DNA of 64,000 bases from the human T2T-CHM13v2.0 reference genome, Homo sapiens, in the NCBI RefSeq assembly GCF_009914755.1, contig NC_060940.1; one strand, written 5' to 3'. Made by a program: the position numbers and the translations under genes. The stretch's first letter is position 1. Each line of letters starts with the position of its first letter. Below the pieces are notes generated by a model. That model was not told the origin of the DNA. It worked only from the letters and a program-made list of their open reading frames with translations, and searched no databases. Below are positions 13,579-26,405 of this stretch, piece after piece.

Positions 13579-15068
13579 GAACTAACCGCTGTAAGCTTTA
13601 AATTTTTCTTCTCCAACTTCCTTGCCTCTCTTGGCCTTCACAGAATTGAAGAGTTAGGGCTTTGCCCTGGATTAGGCTTTGGTTTAAGGGAATGTTGTGG
13701 CTAATTTGATCTATTCAGACCACCAAAACTGTCTCCATTATCAGCAATGAGGCTGTTTCACTTTCACTACTTCACTGGAGTAGCATTTTTAATTTCCTTC
13801 AAGAATTTTTCCTTTGCACTCCCACTTGACTAAGTGTTTAGTGCAAGAGGTCTAGCTTTTGACCTATCTTCACTTTTTACATGCCTTCCTCACTAAGCTT
13901 AATCATTTCTAGTTTTTTATTTACAGCGAGAGATATGTGACTCTTTTTTTCACTTGAACACTTTTTAGAGGCTATTGTTGGGTTATAAATTGGTCTAACT
14001 TCGATATTGTTGTGTCTAACATCCATATGGTCTTAGGGAACAGGGAGGCCTGAAGAGAGCAACAGAGATGGGGGAATGCCCACTTGCTCAAGCAGTCAGA
14101 ATACACACAACATTGATAATTTAAGTTAGCCATCTTATATGAGCATAGTTCATAGCATCCCAAAACAATTACAATAGTAACATCAAAGATCACTGACCAC
14201 AGAACACCGTAATAGACTGAAAAGTTTAAAATATTGAGAGAATTAACAAAATGTGACACAAAGTGAGCACCACAGACTTGCTCACCCAGGGTTGCCACAA
14301 ACCATCAATTTGTTAAAAAAAAAAAAAAACCAACACAATATCTGTGAAGTGCAGAGGAGGGTAATAAAACAAAGTAAACCTGTATATGTCAGGTGTTCAT
14401 ATAAACTGCATAATTTTTATGCCCATATTACAGGTAAAAAAGCGTAGGTGAAAAGCTTAAAGTAATAGCTAATACATCACGGAAGTAGCATATAAATCAA
14501 GATTTTCAAACTTGGAAACAAATGTTCTATCCCCACTCTCCCCACGAATTTTCCAAGATCAAATGTACCTGATTAATGGTAGCACTGAAGAAATGTTATT
14601 TGTTCTGGTTTCTCCAATTTTTCCTCCCTGCCTTAGCACAAGGGAGTTCACAATTTGTAGGGTTTTATAAATTATATTGAAATACCATAGACAAATAATA
14701 GTAGCTTGCTTGAAAACACACTAACAGCTGTGCAGGGCACACAACAAGCACTCAATAAGCATCTGACTTATCCAACTTAAAAAATGAGACATTAAATATT
14801 GAAAAATTATTTCATGGCACAGAAAGCACATCAGCCAACATTAAAAAATCAAGTACACAGTTATAAAGATGGGCACACTAAGGTGTTGGTATATTATCCC
14901 TGACTATTTTTTATGATTCCCCTAGACAAAGGATGTCGAGCAAAGAGGGAACCATATTTGTCCATTGTAAACATTTAGTCTAGAGATTTAAAGGCTGTTT
15001 TGCACACTGAGTCTATAGAGAGACAGGCGATTGCTCTCTGTCACAATTTCAAAGTCCATCTTCTTTAC

Positions 15069-15182
15069 CTCATCAATTTGCAGCTTAGTAGGGGTGAGGA
15101 TGAGGGAAGAGTTATATTGTACTCCCAGAAGTAAGGGGCTGTTTTCCTGCCTGTCATTCTACCAACCTCCCAGAATAAATTG
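15069..15182 (-). other. Candidate internal exon (114 nt) of a minus-strand transcript
   Basis: Acceptor tttgacttccctttttctaag|tag|C and donor GAG|gtaaag. One frame is open throughout. Confidence 0.3.
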
Positions 15183-15789
15183 CTACTTAGAAAAAGGGAA
15201 GTCAAACATTTGTGAAACATATTGCTATTTAGAAAAAAAGAGAATTGTTTTGCAAATAGTAGCACTATTAAAAGAGCAGAGAGAGAATAGCATCAGTCAT
15301 TTTATATTACATATAAGCAGTTTATTAAAGAATTAAATATTTATAGACTATAAAGCAAGCAGGCGATGAGTCACAAACAGCTTGCTGAGAAGTACATTAT
15401 AAAACAATGAGTCTGTCAGTGATTGATAAAGAACGGAGAACGCAAATGCTTTATAAATTCCCTAAGTTAGCTATGAATTTCCAGACCAGAAGAAAAGGAC
15501 ACAGTAGCCAGCAATGTCACACCAACTCTAGCTGATGTATATGCCAAAAGCTTTCAGTGAACAAAAAGTACACTTCTCTTTGATTCGTCCACCTCCATCT
15601 AATGTAGAGGAAAGAGCTGCAAAGCACAGAGAACTGCAAGGGCTTTATGGATGCTCACTTCCAAGTTAATAGATGTTAGATTTAGATATCCATATAACTC
15701 ATTTTATTTTCTTCTGACTTTTTTCTTATTAGATAATAAAGTCCATATAATTTCAAAGAAAGATATCCCCCTTCTTTTCAGAATCATAT

Positions 15790-15960
15790 GCATTAGAGAC
15801 CAGATCGCCTAATCTAATTCTATCAAGTTAGAGTGAAAGCAACTAGGACTTAAAGGTGTAAAGTTACTGATCCAAGTTCACATAGCTGGTTAATACCAGA
15901 ATTAGGTTTAAAACTTGGGTCTCCTATCTCCTTGATCAATATTCTTCCCATAGTATCACC
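15790..15960 (-). mobile_element. MIR-family SINE
   Basis: tccaagttcacatagctggttaat...aaaacttgggtctcct resembles the antisense MIR core. Confidence 0.6.
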
Positions 15961-17548
15961 TTCTTTCCCCCAATCCCTTTTTAAAATGAAAATTCTGAGC
16001 TTTTGCTATTCACAACCATTCATCGGTTAGAAATTGTGAATTCTTTCTCTCATAAAATTATATTTCAATTCAGTTTAGATGATGATTTTAGGAGAAAAAA
16101 AGCTTTAAGTGGATAAAACTTTATATCTTCTCTGAGAGAAACAAAATATAATCTGCCTCTCCATAGTCGTTCTAGAGTTTGAGATAATAGGATGCTATTA
16201 AGAAAATGTTGGCTCTTTCTTGAGGAAAGGCTTTCTTTTATGCATTAACTACTTGGGAGGATGAATTTTCATTCTTTATGAGAATGACTGGTCAAGACCT
16301 AAAGGTGTTGCTAATCTTAAATGCCAAAAGAAGTCATCTCTCCTTGACTTTGTGAGTCATAGCTTCTATGTGTTCTGGATACAGTACTTTGGAATTCCAT
16401 CCTTTTCTATTCTCTGTCTTCAAATTTAAACAGTCATCTGGTTTCCATATAGTTGAGCTTGAAGTTCCACTTGCAAACTCGACAGAGACACATTGTGAGT
16501 CAAATAAAATTATGAATCAAATCCTTTGTACCTTGTACAGATGCTAAAGCACTGAGTAGTAGAAATCAAACCACTGATGCCCCTGCCCATAACCCTACCA
16601 TTATTTTTTTGGTAATACTTGAATTTCTATGAAACTATATCCAACCAGAAAATCTATTTGATTACATTAGATGCTTCTTTTTAACTTTATTGAGGCATGG
16701 TTGGCATATAAAAAGCTGCACATATTTAATGTATATATCTCAATGAGTTTGAGGAGAAGTATACACCCAAGAAACCACTACCATTATCAAGGTCATAAGC
16801 ATATCCATCACTTCCTCAAGTTTTCTCACGCCTGCTTTACCATTATTATTGTTATTGTTTTTGGTGTGTGTATGGTAAGAACACTTAACATAAGATCTAC
16901 TCTCCTAGCAAATTTGCCTACGGGCATCATGTTATATGGTAGATCACCAGAACTTAACTTATTTTGTATAAGTGAAACTTTGTACCCATTAACCATAACC
17001 TCCCTCTTTTGCCCTCTCGACGGCCTGTGGCAACCACCATTCTACTCTCTGTTTCTGTAACTTCTACTTCTAAAGATTCTACATTTAAGTGAGATTACAC
17101 AGTATTTGTCTTTCTGTGCCTGCATTACTTAGCATAATGCACTCCAGGTCAACCCATGTTGTTACTGACAGGATTTTCTTCTTCTTCTTCTTTTTTTTTT
17201 TTTTTGTTAAGGCTGAAAAATACTACATTGTATTTATATGTCATAATTTATCTATGCATCTGTTGGACATTTAAATTGTTTCCACATCTTGACTATTGTG
17301 AATCATGCTGCAATGAAGACGGAAGTGCAAATATCTCTTGGACACTGGTTTCATTTCCTTTAGATACACTCAGAAGTGAGATGGCTGGGTCATATGGCAG
17401 TTCTATTTTTTAATTTTTTCAGAAAATTCCATATTTTCCATAATAGCTGTACCAATATACATTCTCACTAACAGTATACAAGGATTCCCTTTTCCCCATA
17501 TCCTTGCCAATACTTGTCATCTGTTGTCTTTTTTGTAATAGCCATCTT

Positions 17549-17926
17549 TTTTTTAAAATTATACTTCAAGTTCTGGGATACATGTGCAGAATGTGCAGGT
17601 TTGTTACATAGGTATACACGTGCCATGGTGGTTTGCTGCACGCATCAACCCATCATCTACATTAGGTATTTCTCCTAATGCTATCCCTCCCCTAGCCCCC
17701 CAGCACCCGACAGGCCCCAGTGTATATCCCCTTCCCTGTGTCCATGTGTTCAACTCCAACTTACGAGTGAGAACCTGCAGTGTTTGGTTTTCTGTTCTTG
17801 TGTTAGTTTGCTGAGAATGATGGTTTCCAGCTTCATCCATGTCCCTGCAAAGGACATGAACTCATCCTTTTTTATGGCTGTACAGTATTCCATGGTATAT
17901 ATGTGCCACATTTTCTTTATCTATTA
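17549..17926 (-). mobile_element. 5'-truncated L1PA (L1PA7-like) 3' UTR
   Basis: ttctgggatacatgtgcagaatgtgcaggtttgttacataggtatacacgtgccatggtgg. Perfect 13-bp TSD taatagccatctt (17536-17548, 17927-17939). Confidence 0.92.
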
Positions 17927-18152
17927 TAATAGCCATCTTAACAGGTGTTAGGTGATAGCTCATTACAGTTTTGATTTGCATTTCCCTTATAATTAGTGGT
18001 GTTGAGCATTTTTTCATATACCTGAAAAGTTATTTGTATGTTATCTTTGGAGAAATGTTTATGCAGGTCCTTTGCCTATTTTAAAATCAGGCTATTTCAT
18101 TTTTGCTATCAATTGTGTAATTTCCTTTTACATTTTAGATATTAGCCCCCCC

Positions 18153-18436
18153 TTTTTTGAGAAAGGGTTTCACTCTGTTGCCCAGGCTGGAGTGCAGTAG
18201 TGTGATCTTGCCTTACTGCAGCCTCTACCTTCCCAGGCTCAGGTGATCCTACCACAGCCTCCCGAGTAGCTGAGATTACAGGCATGCACCACCATGCCGG
18301 GATAATTTTTGTTTTTGTTATAGAGACAAGGTTTCACCACATTGCCCAGGCTGGTCTCAAACTCCTGGACTCAAGTGATCTGCTTGCCTTGGCCTCCAAA
18401 AGTGCTGGAATTACAGGTGAGCCACTGCACCCAGCT
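18153..18436 (-). mobile_element. AluJ-like
   Basis: Antisense dimer with gcccaggctggtctcaaactcctggactcaag, inside the outer L1. Confidence 0.92.
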
Positions 18437-21400
18437 ACCCTTTATCAGATACATGGTTTGCAAATCTTTTCTCCCAATCCGTAGGTGGCCTTTTCATTTT
18501 GTTGATTGTTTCTTTTGCTGTGCAGATGCTTTTTAGTTTGATGCAGTCCTACTTATTTTTGCTTTGTTGCCTGTGCTTTTGGTGTCATATTCAAAAGATA
18601 ATTGCCAATACCAATGTCAAGGAGCTTTTGTCTTATGTTTTATTCTAGGAGTTTTATAATTTCAGGTCTTATGTTTATGTCTTAAATCCATTTTGAGTTG
18701 ATTTTTGTGTATAGTGTAATATAAAGGTCTAATTTCATTCTTTTTCATGTGGATATCCCATTTTCCCAACACCATTTATTGAAGAGACTAATTTTTTTTC
18801 CTGTGGTGTATTCTCAGCACTCTTGTGAAAAGTTAGTTTACTGCATATATGTGGGTTTATTTTTGGGCTCTTGATTCTGTTCCTCTGGTCTATGGGTCTG
18901 TTTTTATGCCAGTACTAAATGCTGTTTTGATTACTATAGCTTTGTAACATAATTTGAAATTAGGAAGGGTGATATCTCCAGCTTTGTTCTTGCTCAAGAC
19001 TGCTTTGACTATTTGGGGCCTTTTGTGCTTCCAAGTGAATTTTCAGATTGGGTTTTTATTTCTGTGAAAAATGTCATTGAAATTCTGATAGGGATCACAC
19101 TGAATTTTACATTTTAACAACATAAATTCTTCCAATCCACAAACATGATATATCTTTCATTTTCTTTGAGATATCTTTTCATTTCTTTCATCTACCTCAA
19201 TTTCTTTAATCAGTATTTTATTGTACTACATTGTACAATACAATGTAGTATAATAAATACAGGTGAACACATCTTTCACCTCCTTGGTTACATTTATACC
19301 TAAGTATTTTATTCTTTTTTGATGTTATTGTAAATGGAATTGTTTCCTTAATTTCTTTTCCAGAAAACTTGTTGTTAGTGATATAAATACAACTCTATTA
19401 ATTCCAGCAACTTTATTACTTTTATTAGTTCTAACAACTCTTTGGTGGATTCTTTAGGGTTTTTTTTTTTTTTTTTTTTTTGAAATAAGGTAAAGTTATC
19501 TACACACAGAGACAATTTTGCTCTTCTCTTTCTGATTTGGATGGATTTTCCCCCCTAACTGCTTTAGCTAGGACCTCTAGGCACTGTGTTGAAAAAAGTG
19601 GCAAGAGTGGGCATCCTTGTCTTGTTCCTGATCTTGCAGGAAGCCTTTCAGTTTTTCATCACTGAGTAGGATGCTAGCTGGGGCTTGTCATACATGGCTT
19701 TTATTATGTTGTGGTACATTCATTCTATACGTAGTCTATTGAGAGGTGTTTTTTTTTTTTTAAATCAGGAAATCATGTTGAATGTTATCAAATGCTTTCT
19801 CTGCATCTATTGAGATGATCATATGATTTTTATATTTCATTCTGTTAATGTGGTATATTACTTTTACTGATTTGTGTAGGTTGAACCATGACTGGATCCC
19901 AAGGATGAATCCCACTTGACAATGGTATATAATCTTTTAAATGTGCTGTAAAATTTAGTTTACTAGTTTTGTTTTTAGTATTTTCACATCTATGTTCGTT
20001 ACAAATATTGGCTAGTAATTTTCTTTTCTTGCAGTGTCCTTGTCTGGCTTTGGTATCAGGGTAATGCCGGCCTTGTAGCATGAGTTTGGAAGTGTTCCCT
20101 CCTTTTCACATTTTTGGAGGAGTTTGAGCAGGACTGGCGTTACTTCTTCTTTAAATACTTGGTAGAATTCACCAGTGAAACCATCTTGTCCCGAGATACT
20201 CTTTGTTGAAAGGTTTTGGATTCCTTAGTCAATCCCATTACTTGCTATTGGTCTATTCAAATTTCCTATTTTGTCAAAGCTCAGCCTTGTTAATTTGTAT
20301 GCTTCTACAAATTTATCCATTTCTTCTAGGTTATCCAATTTGTTAGCATATACTTTTCACAGAAGATTCTTATGATCCTTCGTATTCCTGTGATATCACC
20401 TGTAATGTCTCTTCTCTCATTTATAATTTTATTCATTTGATTCTTTTCTCATTTTTCCTTAAAGATTTTCATTATCATTTTCATTATCTTTTCAAAAAAC
20501 AACTCTTTGTTTTGTTGATTTTTTTCTATGGTTTTTCTAGCCTGTTTCATTTATTTCTTCTAGATGTTTATTCCTTTCTTCCTTCTGCTAACTTTGGGCT
20601 TATTTCGTTCTTCTTCTTCTAGTTCCTTGAGACATAAAGTTAGGCTGTTTATTTGTGATCTCTCTTTTTTTCTTAAAGTAGGCATTTACTGCTATAAACT
20701 TCTTTGTTAGAACTTCTGTGGCTGCATTGCATAAGTTTTGGTATGTTGATTTTCCATTTTTGTTTCTCTCAAGATACTTTTTGATTTCCCTTTTGATTTC
20801 TTCTTTGTGACTCTTAGTTGTGAATATTTACTTTTTTGATTTTTGATTTTAATTTTTGTGCATACATAGTCGCATATGTATTTACAGGGTACATGAGATG
20901 TTTTGACACAGGCATGCAATGTGTAATAATCATATCATGTAAAATTGGATATCCCCTCAAACATTTACATTTGTGTTACAAACAATCCAATTATCTTTTA
21001 GTTATGTTAAAATGTACAATAACATTATTTTTGACTATAGACACCCTATTGTGCTGTCAAATACTAGGTCTTGTTCACATTCTTTCCTTTTTTTCTTTTG
21101 ACCCATTAACCATCCTCACCTTCCACTTATACTCCAACTACCCTTCCCAGCCTCTAGTAACCATCCTTTTACTCTCTATCTCCATTAGTTCTATTGTTTT
21201 GACTTTCAGATCCCACAAATAAGTAAGAACATGTGATATTTGTCTTTCTATGCCTGGCTTATTGCACTTAGCATGATGACCTCCAGTTCCATCCACGTTG
21301 TTGAAAATGACAGGATCTCATTCCTTTTATGGCTGAATAGTACTCCATTGTGTATATGTACCACATTTTTTTATCCATTCATCCGTTGATGGACACTTAA

Positions 21401-23682
21401 CTTGCTTCCAAATTTTAGCTATTGTGAACAATGCAGTAACAAACATAGGAGTGCAGATATCTCTCTGATATACTGATTTCCTTTCTTTTGTGTATATACC
21501 TAGGAGCAGGATTGCTGGATCATATGGTAGCTCTATTTTTAGTTTTTTCAGGAACCTCCAAATTATTCTCCCTACTGGTTGCACTAACTTACAGTTTCAT
21601 CAACATGTATGAGGGTACTCTTTTCTCCACAACCTTGCCGGCATTTGTTATTGCCTGTCTTTTGGATATTAGCCATTTTAACAGAGGTGAGATGAAATCT
21701 CTTTGCAGTTGTGATTTGTATTTCTCTGATGATCAATGATGCTGAGCACCTTCGTATGTCTTCTTCTGACCATTTAAAAACTGGATTATTAGATATTTTT
21801 CTTATAGAGTTGTTTGAGCTCCTTACATACTCTGGCTATTAATTCCTTGTCAGGTGGGTAGTTTGCAAATATTTTCTCCCAGTCTGTGGGTTTTTCTACA
21901 CTTTGTTGACTATATCCATTGCTGTATAGAAGCTTTTTAACTTGATATGATTCCATTCGTCAATTTTTGCTTTGGTTGTCTGTGCTTGTGGGCTATTACT
22001 CAAGAAAGGAATTTTTGCCCAGACTAATGTCCTGGAGATTTTCCCCAATGTTTTCTTGTAGTAGTTTCGTATTTGAGGTCTTATATTTAATTCTTTAATC
22101 CATTTGCTTGATTTTTGTATATATATAGAGAGACAGGGGTCCAGTTTCATTCTTCTGCATATGGACATCCAGTCTTCCCAGCACCATTTATTGAAGAGAC
22201 TGTCTTTTCCACAGTGTACATTCTTGGTACCCTTCTCAAAAATGAGTTAACTCTAAGTATGTGGATTTGTTTATGGGTTCTATACTCTGTTCCATTAGTC
22301 TGTGTGTCTGTTTTTATGCCTGTACCATGTTGTTTTTGTTACTACAGCTCTACAGTACAATTTACAGTCAGGTAAAGTAATTTGGCCAGTTCTGTTCTTT
22401 TTGCATAAGATAGCTTTGGGTATTCCGGGTCTTTTGTAATTCCATATTAGTTTTAGGACTGTTTTTTCTATTTCTGTGAAGAATGTCACAGAATGCAGTC
22501 TACATATTGCATAGAATCTGTAGATTGCATTGGGTAGCATGGACATTTTAACAATATTGATTCTTCCAATTCATGAACATGAAATATCTTTCCATTTTTT
22601 GAGGTCTTCTTCAATCTCTTTTATCAGTGTTTCCTAATTCTGATTATAGAGATCTTTCACATCTTTGATCAAGTTGATTCCTACGTATTTCACTTTATTT
22701 GTGGCTGTTGTAAATGGGATTACTTTTTGCATTTCTTTCTCAGATTGTTCAGTCAGCATACAGGAATGATACTGATTTTTGTATGTTGATTTTACATCTT
22801 GCAACTTTACTAAATTTGTTTATCAGTTCTAACAGTTTTGATAGCGTCTCTGGATTTTTCCAAATATAAGATCATATATCTGCAAACAAGGATAATTTGA
22901 CTTATCTTCCTGTTTGGATGCCCTTTATTTCTTTCTGTTGTCTGATTGCTCTAGCTAGGACCTCCAGTACTATATTGAACAATAACAGTGAAAAAGAGTG
23001 TCCTTGTGGTGATCCAAATCTTAGAGGAAGGGCTTTCAGTTTGTTCCCATTCAGTATGATATTGGCTTGAGGTCAGCCATATATGGCTTTCATTCTCTTG
23101 AGGTATGTTCTTTCTATACTTAGTTTTTGAGGGTTTTTATCATGAAGGGATATTGAATTCTGTCACATGCTTTTTTGCATCAATTGAAATGATCCTATGG
23201 TTTTTGCCCTTCATTATGTTAATACGACCTATCATATTGATTGATTTGCACATTTTGAACCATCCTTGCATCCCAGGGATAAATCTCGCTTGGTCATGAT
23301 GAATGATCTTTTTATTGTATTGTTGAATTTGGTTTGCTAGTATTTTGTTGAGGATATTTGTATCAATATTGATCAGAGATATTGGCCCGTAGTTTTTTTT
23401 TTTTAATGTGTCTTTAGTTTTGGTATTAGGATGATATTGGCCATGTAGAATGAGTTTGGAAGTATTGCCTCCTCCTTTATTTTTCAAAATAGTTTGAGCA
23501 GGATTGGTATTAGTTCTTCTTTAAATGTTTGGTAGAATTCAGCAGTGAAGCCATAGGATCCTGGGCTTTTCTCTACTGGGAGACTTTTTATTAAGGCTTC
23601 AATCTCATTACTCATTATTGGTCTGTTAAAGTTTTGGATTTCTTCAAGGTTCAATCTTGGCAGGTTGTATGTGTCAAGAAAT

Positions 23683-23817
23683 TTATCCATTTCTTCTAAC
23701 ATTTCAAATTTATTGGTATGTAGTTGCTCATAGTAGCCACTAATGATTCATTATCCATTTCTTCTAAATTTTCCAATTTATTTGTATATAGTTGCTCATA
23801 GTAGCCACTAATGATCC
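23683..23817. repeat. 68-bp tandem duplication in L1 ORF2
   Basis: ttatccatttcttcta...tagttgctcatagtagccactaatgat begins at both 23683 and 23751. Confidence 0.95.
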
Positions 23818-25972
23818 TTTGAATTTCTGTGGTATCAGTTTTAATGTCTCCTTTTGCATCTCTGATTTTATTTATTTGGGTCTTCTCTCTTTTTTTCTTA
23901 GTTAATCTGGCTAAAGGTTTGCCTATTTTGTTTAACTTCTCAAAAAACCAACTTTTTGTTTCATTGATCTTTTGTGTTGTTTTCTTCATTTCAATTTCTG
24001 CTCTGATCTTTATTATTTATTTTCTTCTATCAATTTTGGATTTGGTTCGCTCTTGCTTTTCCAGTTCTTTAAGATGTATCATTAGGCTGTTCATTTCAAG
24101 TTTTTCGTCTTTTTTGATGTAGGCACTAAGAGCTATAAACTTCCCTCTTAGTACAGTTTTTTGCTGTATACCATAGGTTTCGAAATGTTGTATTTCCATT
24201 ATTGTTTGTTTCAATAAATTTTTCAATTTCCTTCTTAATTTCCTCACTGATCCACTGGTCATTCAGGAGCATACTATTTAATTTTCATTTGTTTGCATAG
24301 TTTCCAAAATTCTTCTTGTTGTTGATCTCTGGTTTTATTCCACTGTGGTCAGAGAAGGTGCTTGATATTATTTCAATATTTTTTGAATATTGTTTTATGA
24401 GTTAACATACGGTTTATCCTTGAGAATGATCCATGTGTTGAGGAAAAAAATGTATATTCTGCAGCCATTAGATGAGACGTTCTGTAAATATCTATTAGGT
24501 CCATTTGGTCTATAGAGCAGATTAAGTCCAATGTTTCTTTGTTGATTTTCTGTCTGGAAGATCTGTCCAATGCTGAATGCAGGGTGTTGAAGTCTTTAAC
24601 TATGATTGCACTGAGGCCTATATCTCGCTTTAGCTCTAATAGTATTTAGTATATATATCTGGGTGCTCCAGTGTTTGGTGCATATATATTAACAATTGTT
24701 ATATTCTCTTGCTGTATTGACCCCTTTATCATTATATAGTGACCTATTTGTCTCTTCTTACAGTTTTTGTCTTGAAATCTATTTTGCCTGATATATAAGT
24801 ATAGCTACTCTTGCTCTTTTTTGGTTTCCCATGGCATGGAATATCTTTTTTCATTCCTTTATTTTCAGTCTATGTGTGTCTTTATAGTTGAAGTGTGTTT
24901 CTTGTGGGCAACAGATCACTAGGTCTTTTTTAAAAAAATCCATTTAGCCACTCTATGTCTTTTGATTGGAGGGTTTAGTCTATTTACATTCAATGCTATT
25001 ATTGATAAGTAAGAACTTTCTCCTGCCATTTTGTTATTTTTGTGGTCGTTTTGTGGTCCTCTCGTTTCTTTCTTTCCTTCCTGTTTTCCTTTTAGTGAAG
25101 ATGATTTTCTTTCATGATATAATTTAGTTTCTTACTTTTTATTTTTTTGTGTATCTGTTGTATGTTTTTTGGTTTGAGGTCACCATGAAGCTTGCAAATA
25201 CTATTTTGCAACCCATTATTTTAAGCTGAACACAACTGAACACTGTTTGCATACACAACAAAGAAACAAGCAAAAAGAAAATAAGCATTCTGCACTTTAA
25301 CTTAGTCCCCCCACTTTTTAACTTTGTGTTGCTTCTATTTATTAATGTATCTTATTGAACTGTGTCTTCAAAAGTTGTAGTTATTATTTCTGATTGGTTC
25401 ATCATTTAGTCTTTCTGCTTAAGAGTGGTTCATACATCATAGTTACAGTTTTACGATATTCTGGGTTTTTCTTTGTACTTACTATTACCAGTGAGTTTTG
25501 TACCTTTAGATGATTTCTTATTGCTCATTAACATCCTTTTCTTTTTGATTGAAGTACTCCCTTTAGCATTTCTTGCAGGACAGTTCTGGTGTTTATGAAG
25601 TCCCTCAGCTATTGTTTGTCTGGGAAAGTCTTTATTTCTTTTTCATGTTTGAAGGGTATTTTCACCAGATATACTATTCTAAGGTAAATTTTTTTTCCTT
25701 TCAGCAAATATGTCATGTCAATCACCCCCAACCTCTAAGATTTCCACTGAAAAGTGTGCTGCCAGATGTACTGGAGCTCCATTGTATGTTATCTGTTTCT
25801 TCTCTCTTGTTCCTTTTAGGATCCTTTATCCCTGACCTTTGGGAATTTCATTACTAAATGCTTTGAGGTAGTAATCTTTGGGTTAAATCTGCTTGATGTT
25901 CTACAACCTTCTTGTATTTGGATATTGATATCTTTCTCTAGGTTTGGGAAGTTCTATTATCCCTTTGAATAA

Positions 25973-26405
<433 letters not shown>

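Larger units (their letters stand above)
12291..14382 (-). mobile_element. Tigger1 DNA transposon (TcMar-Tigger), near full length, both ends present
   Basis: Termini caggcatatctcagagatattgc and aataaaacaaagtaaacctg|ta, with a transposase remnant inside. Confidence 0.93.
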
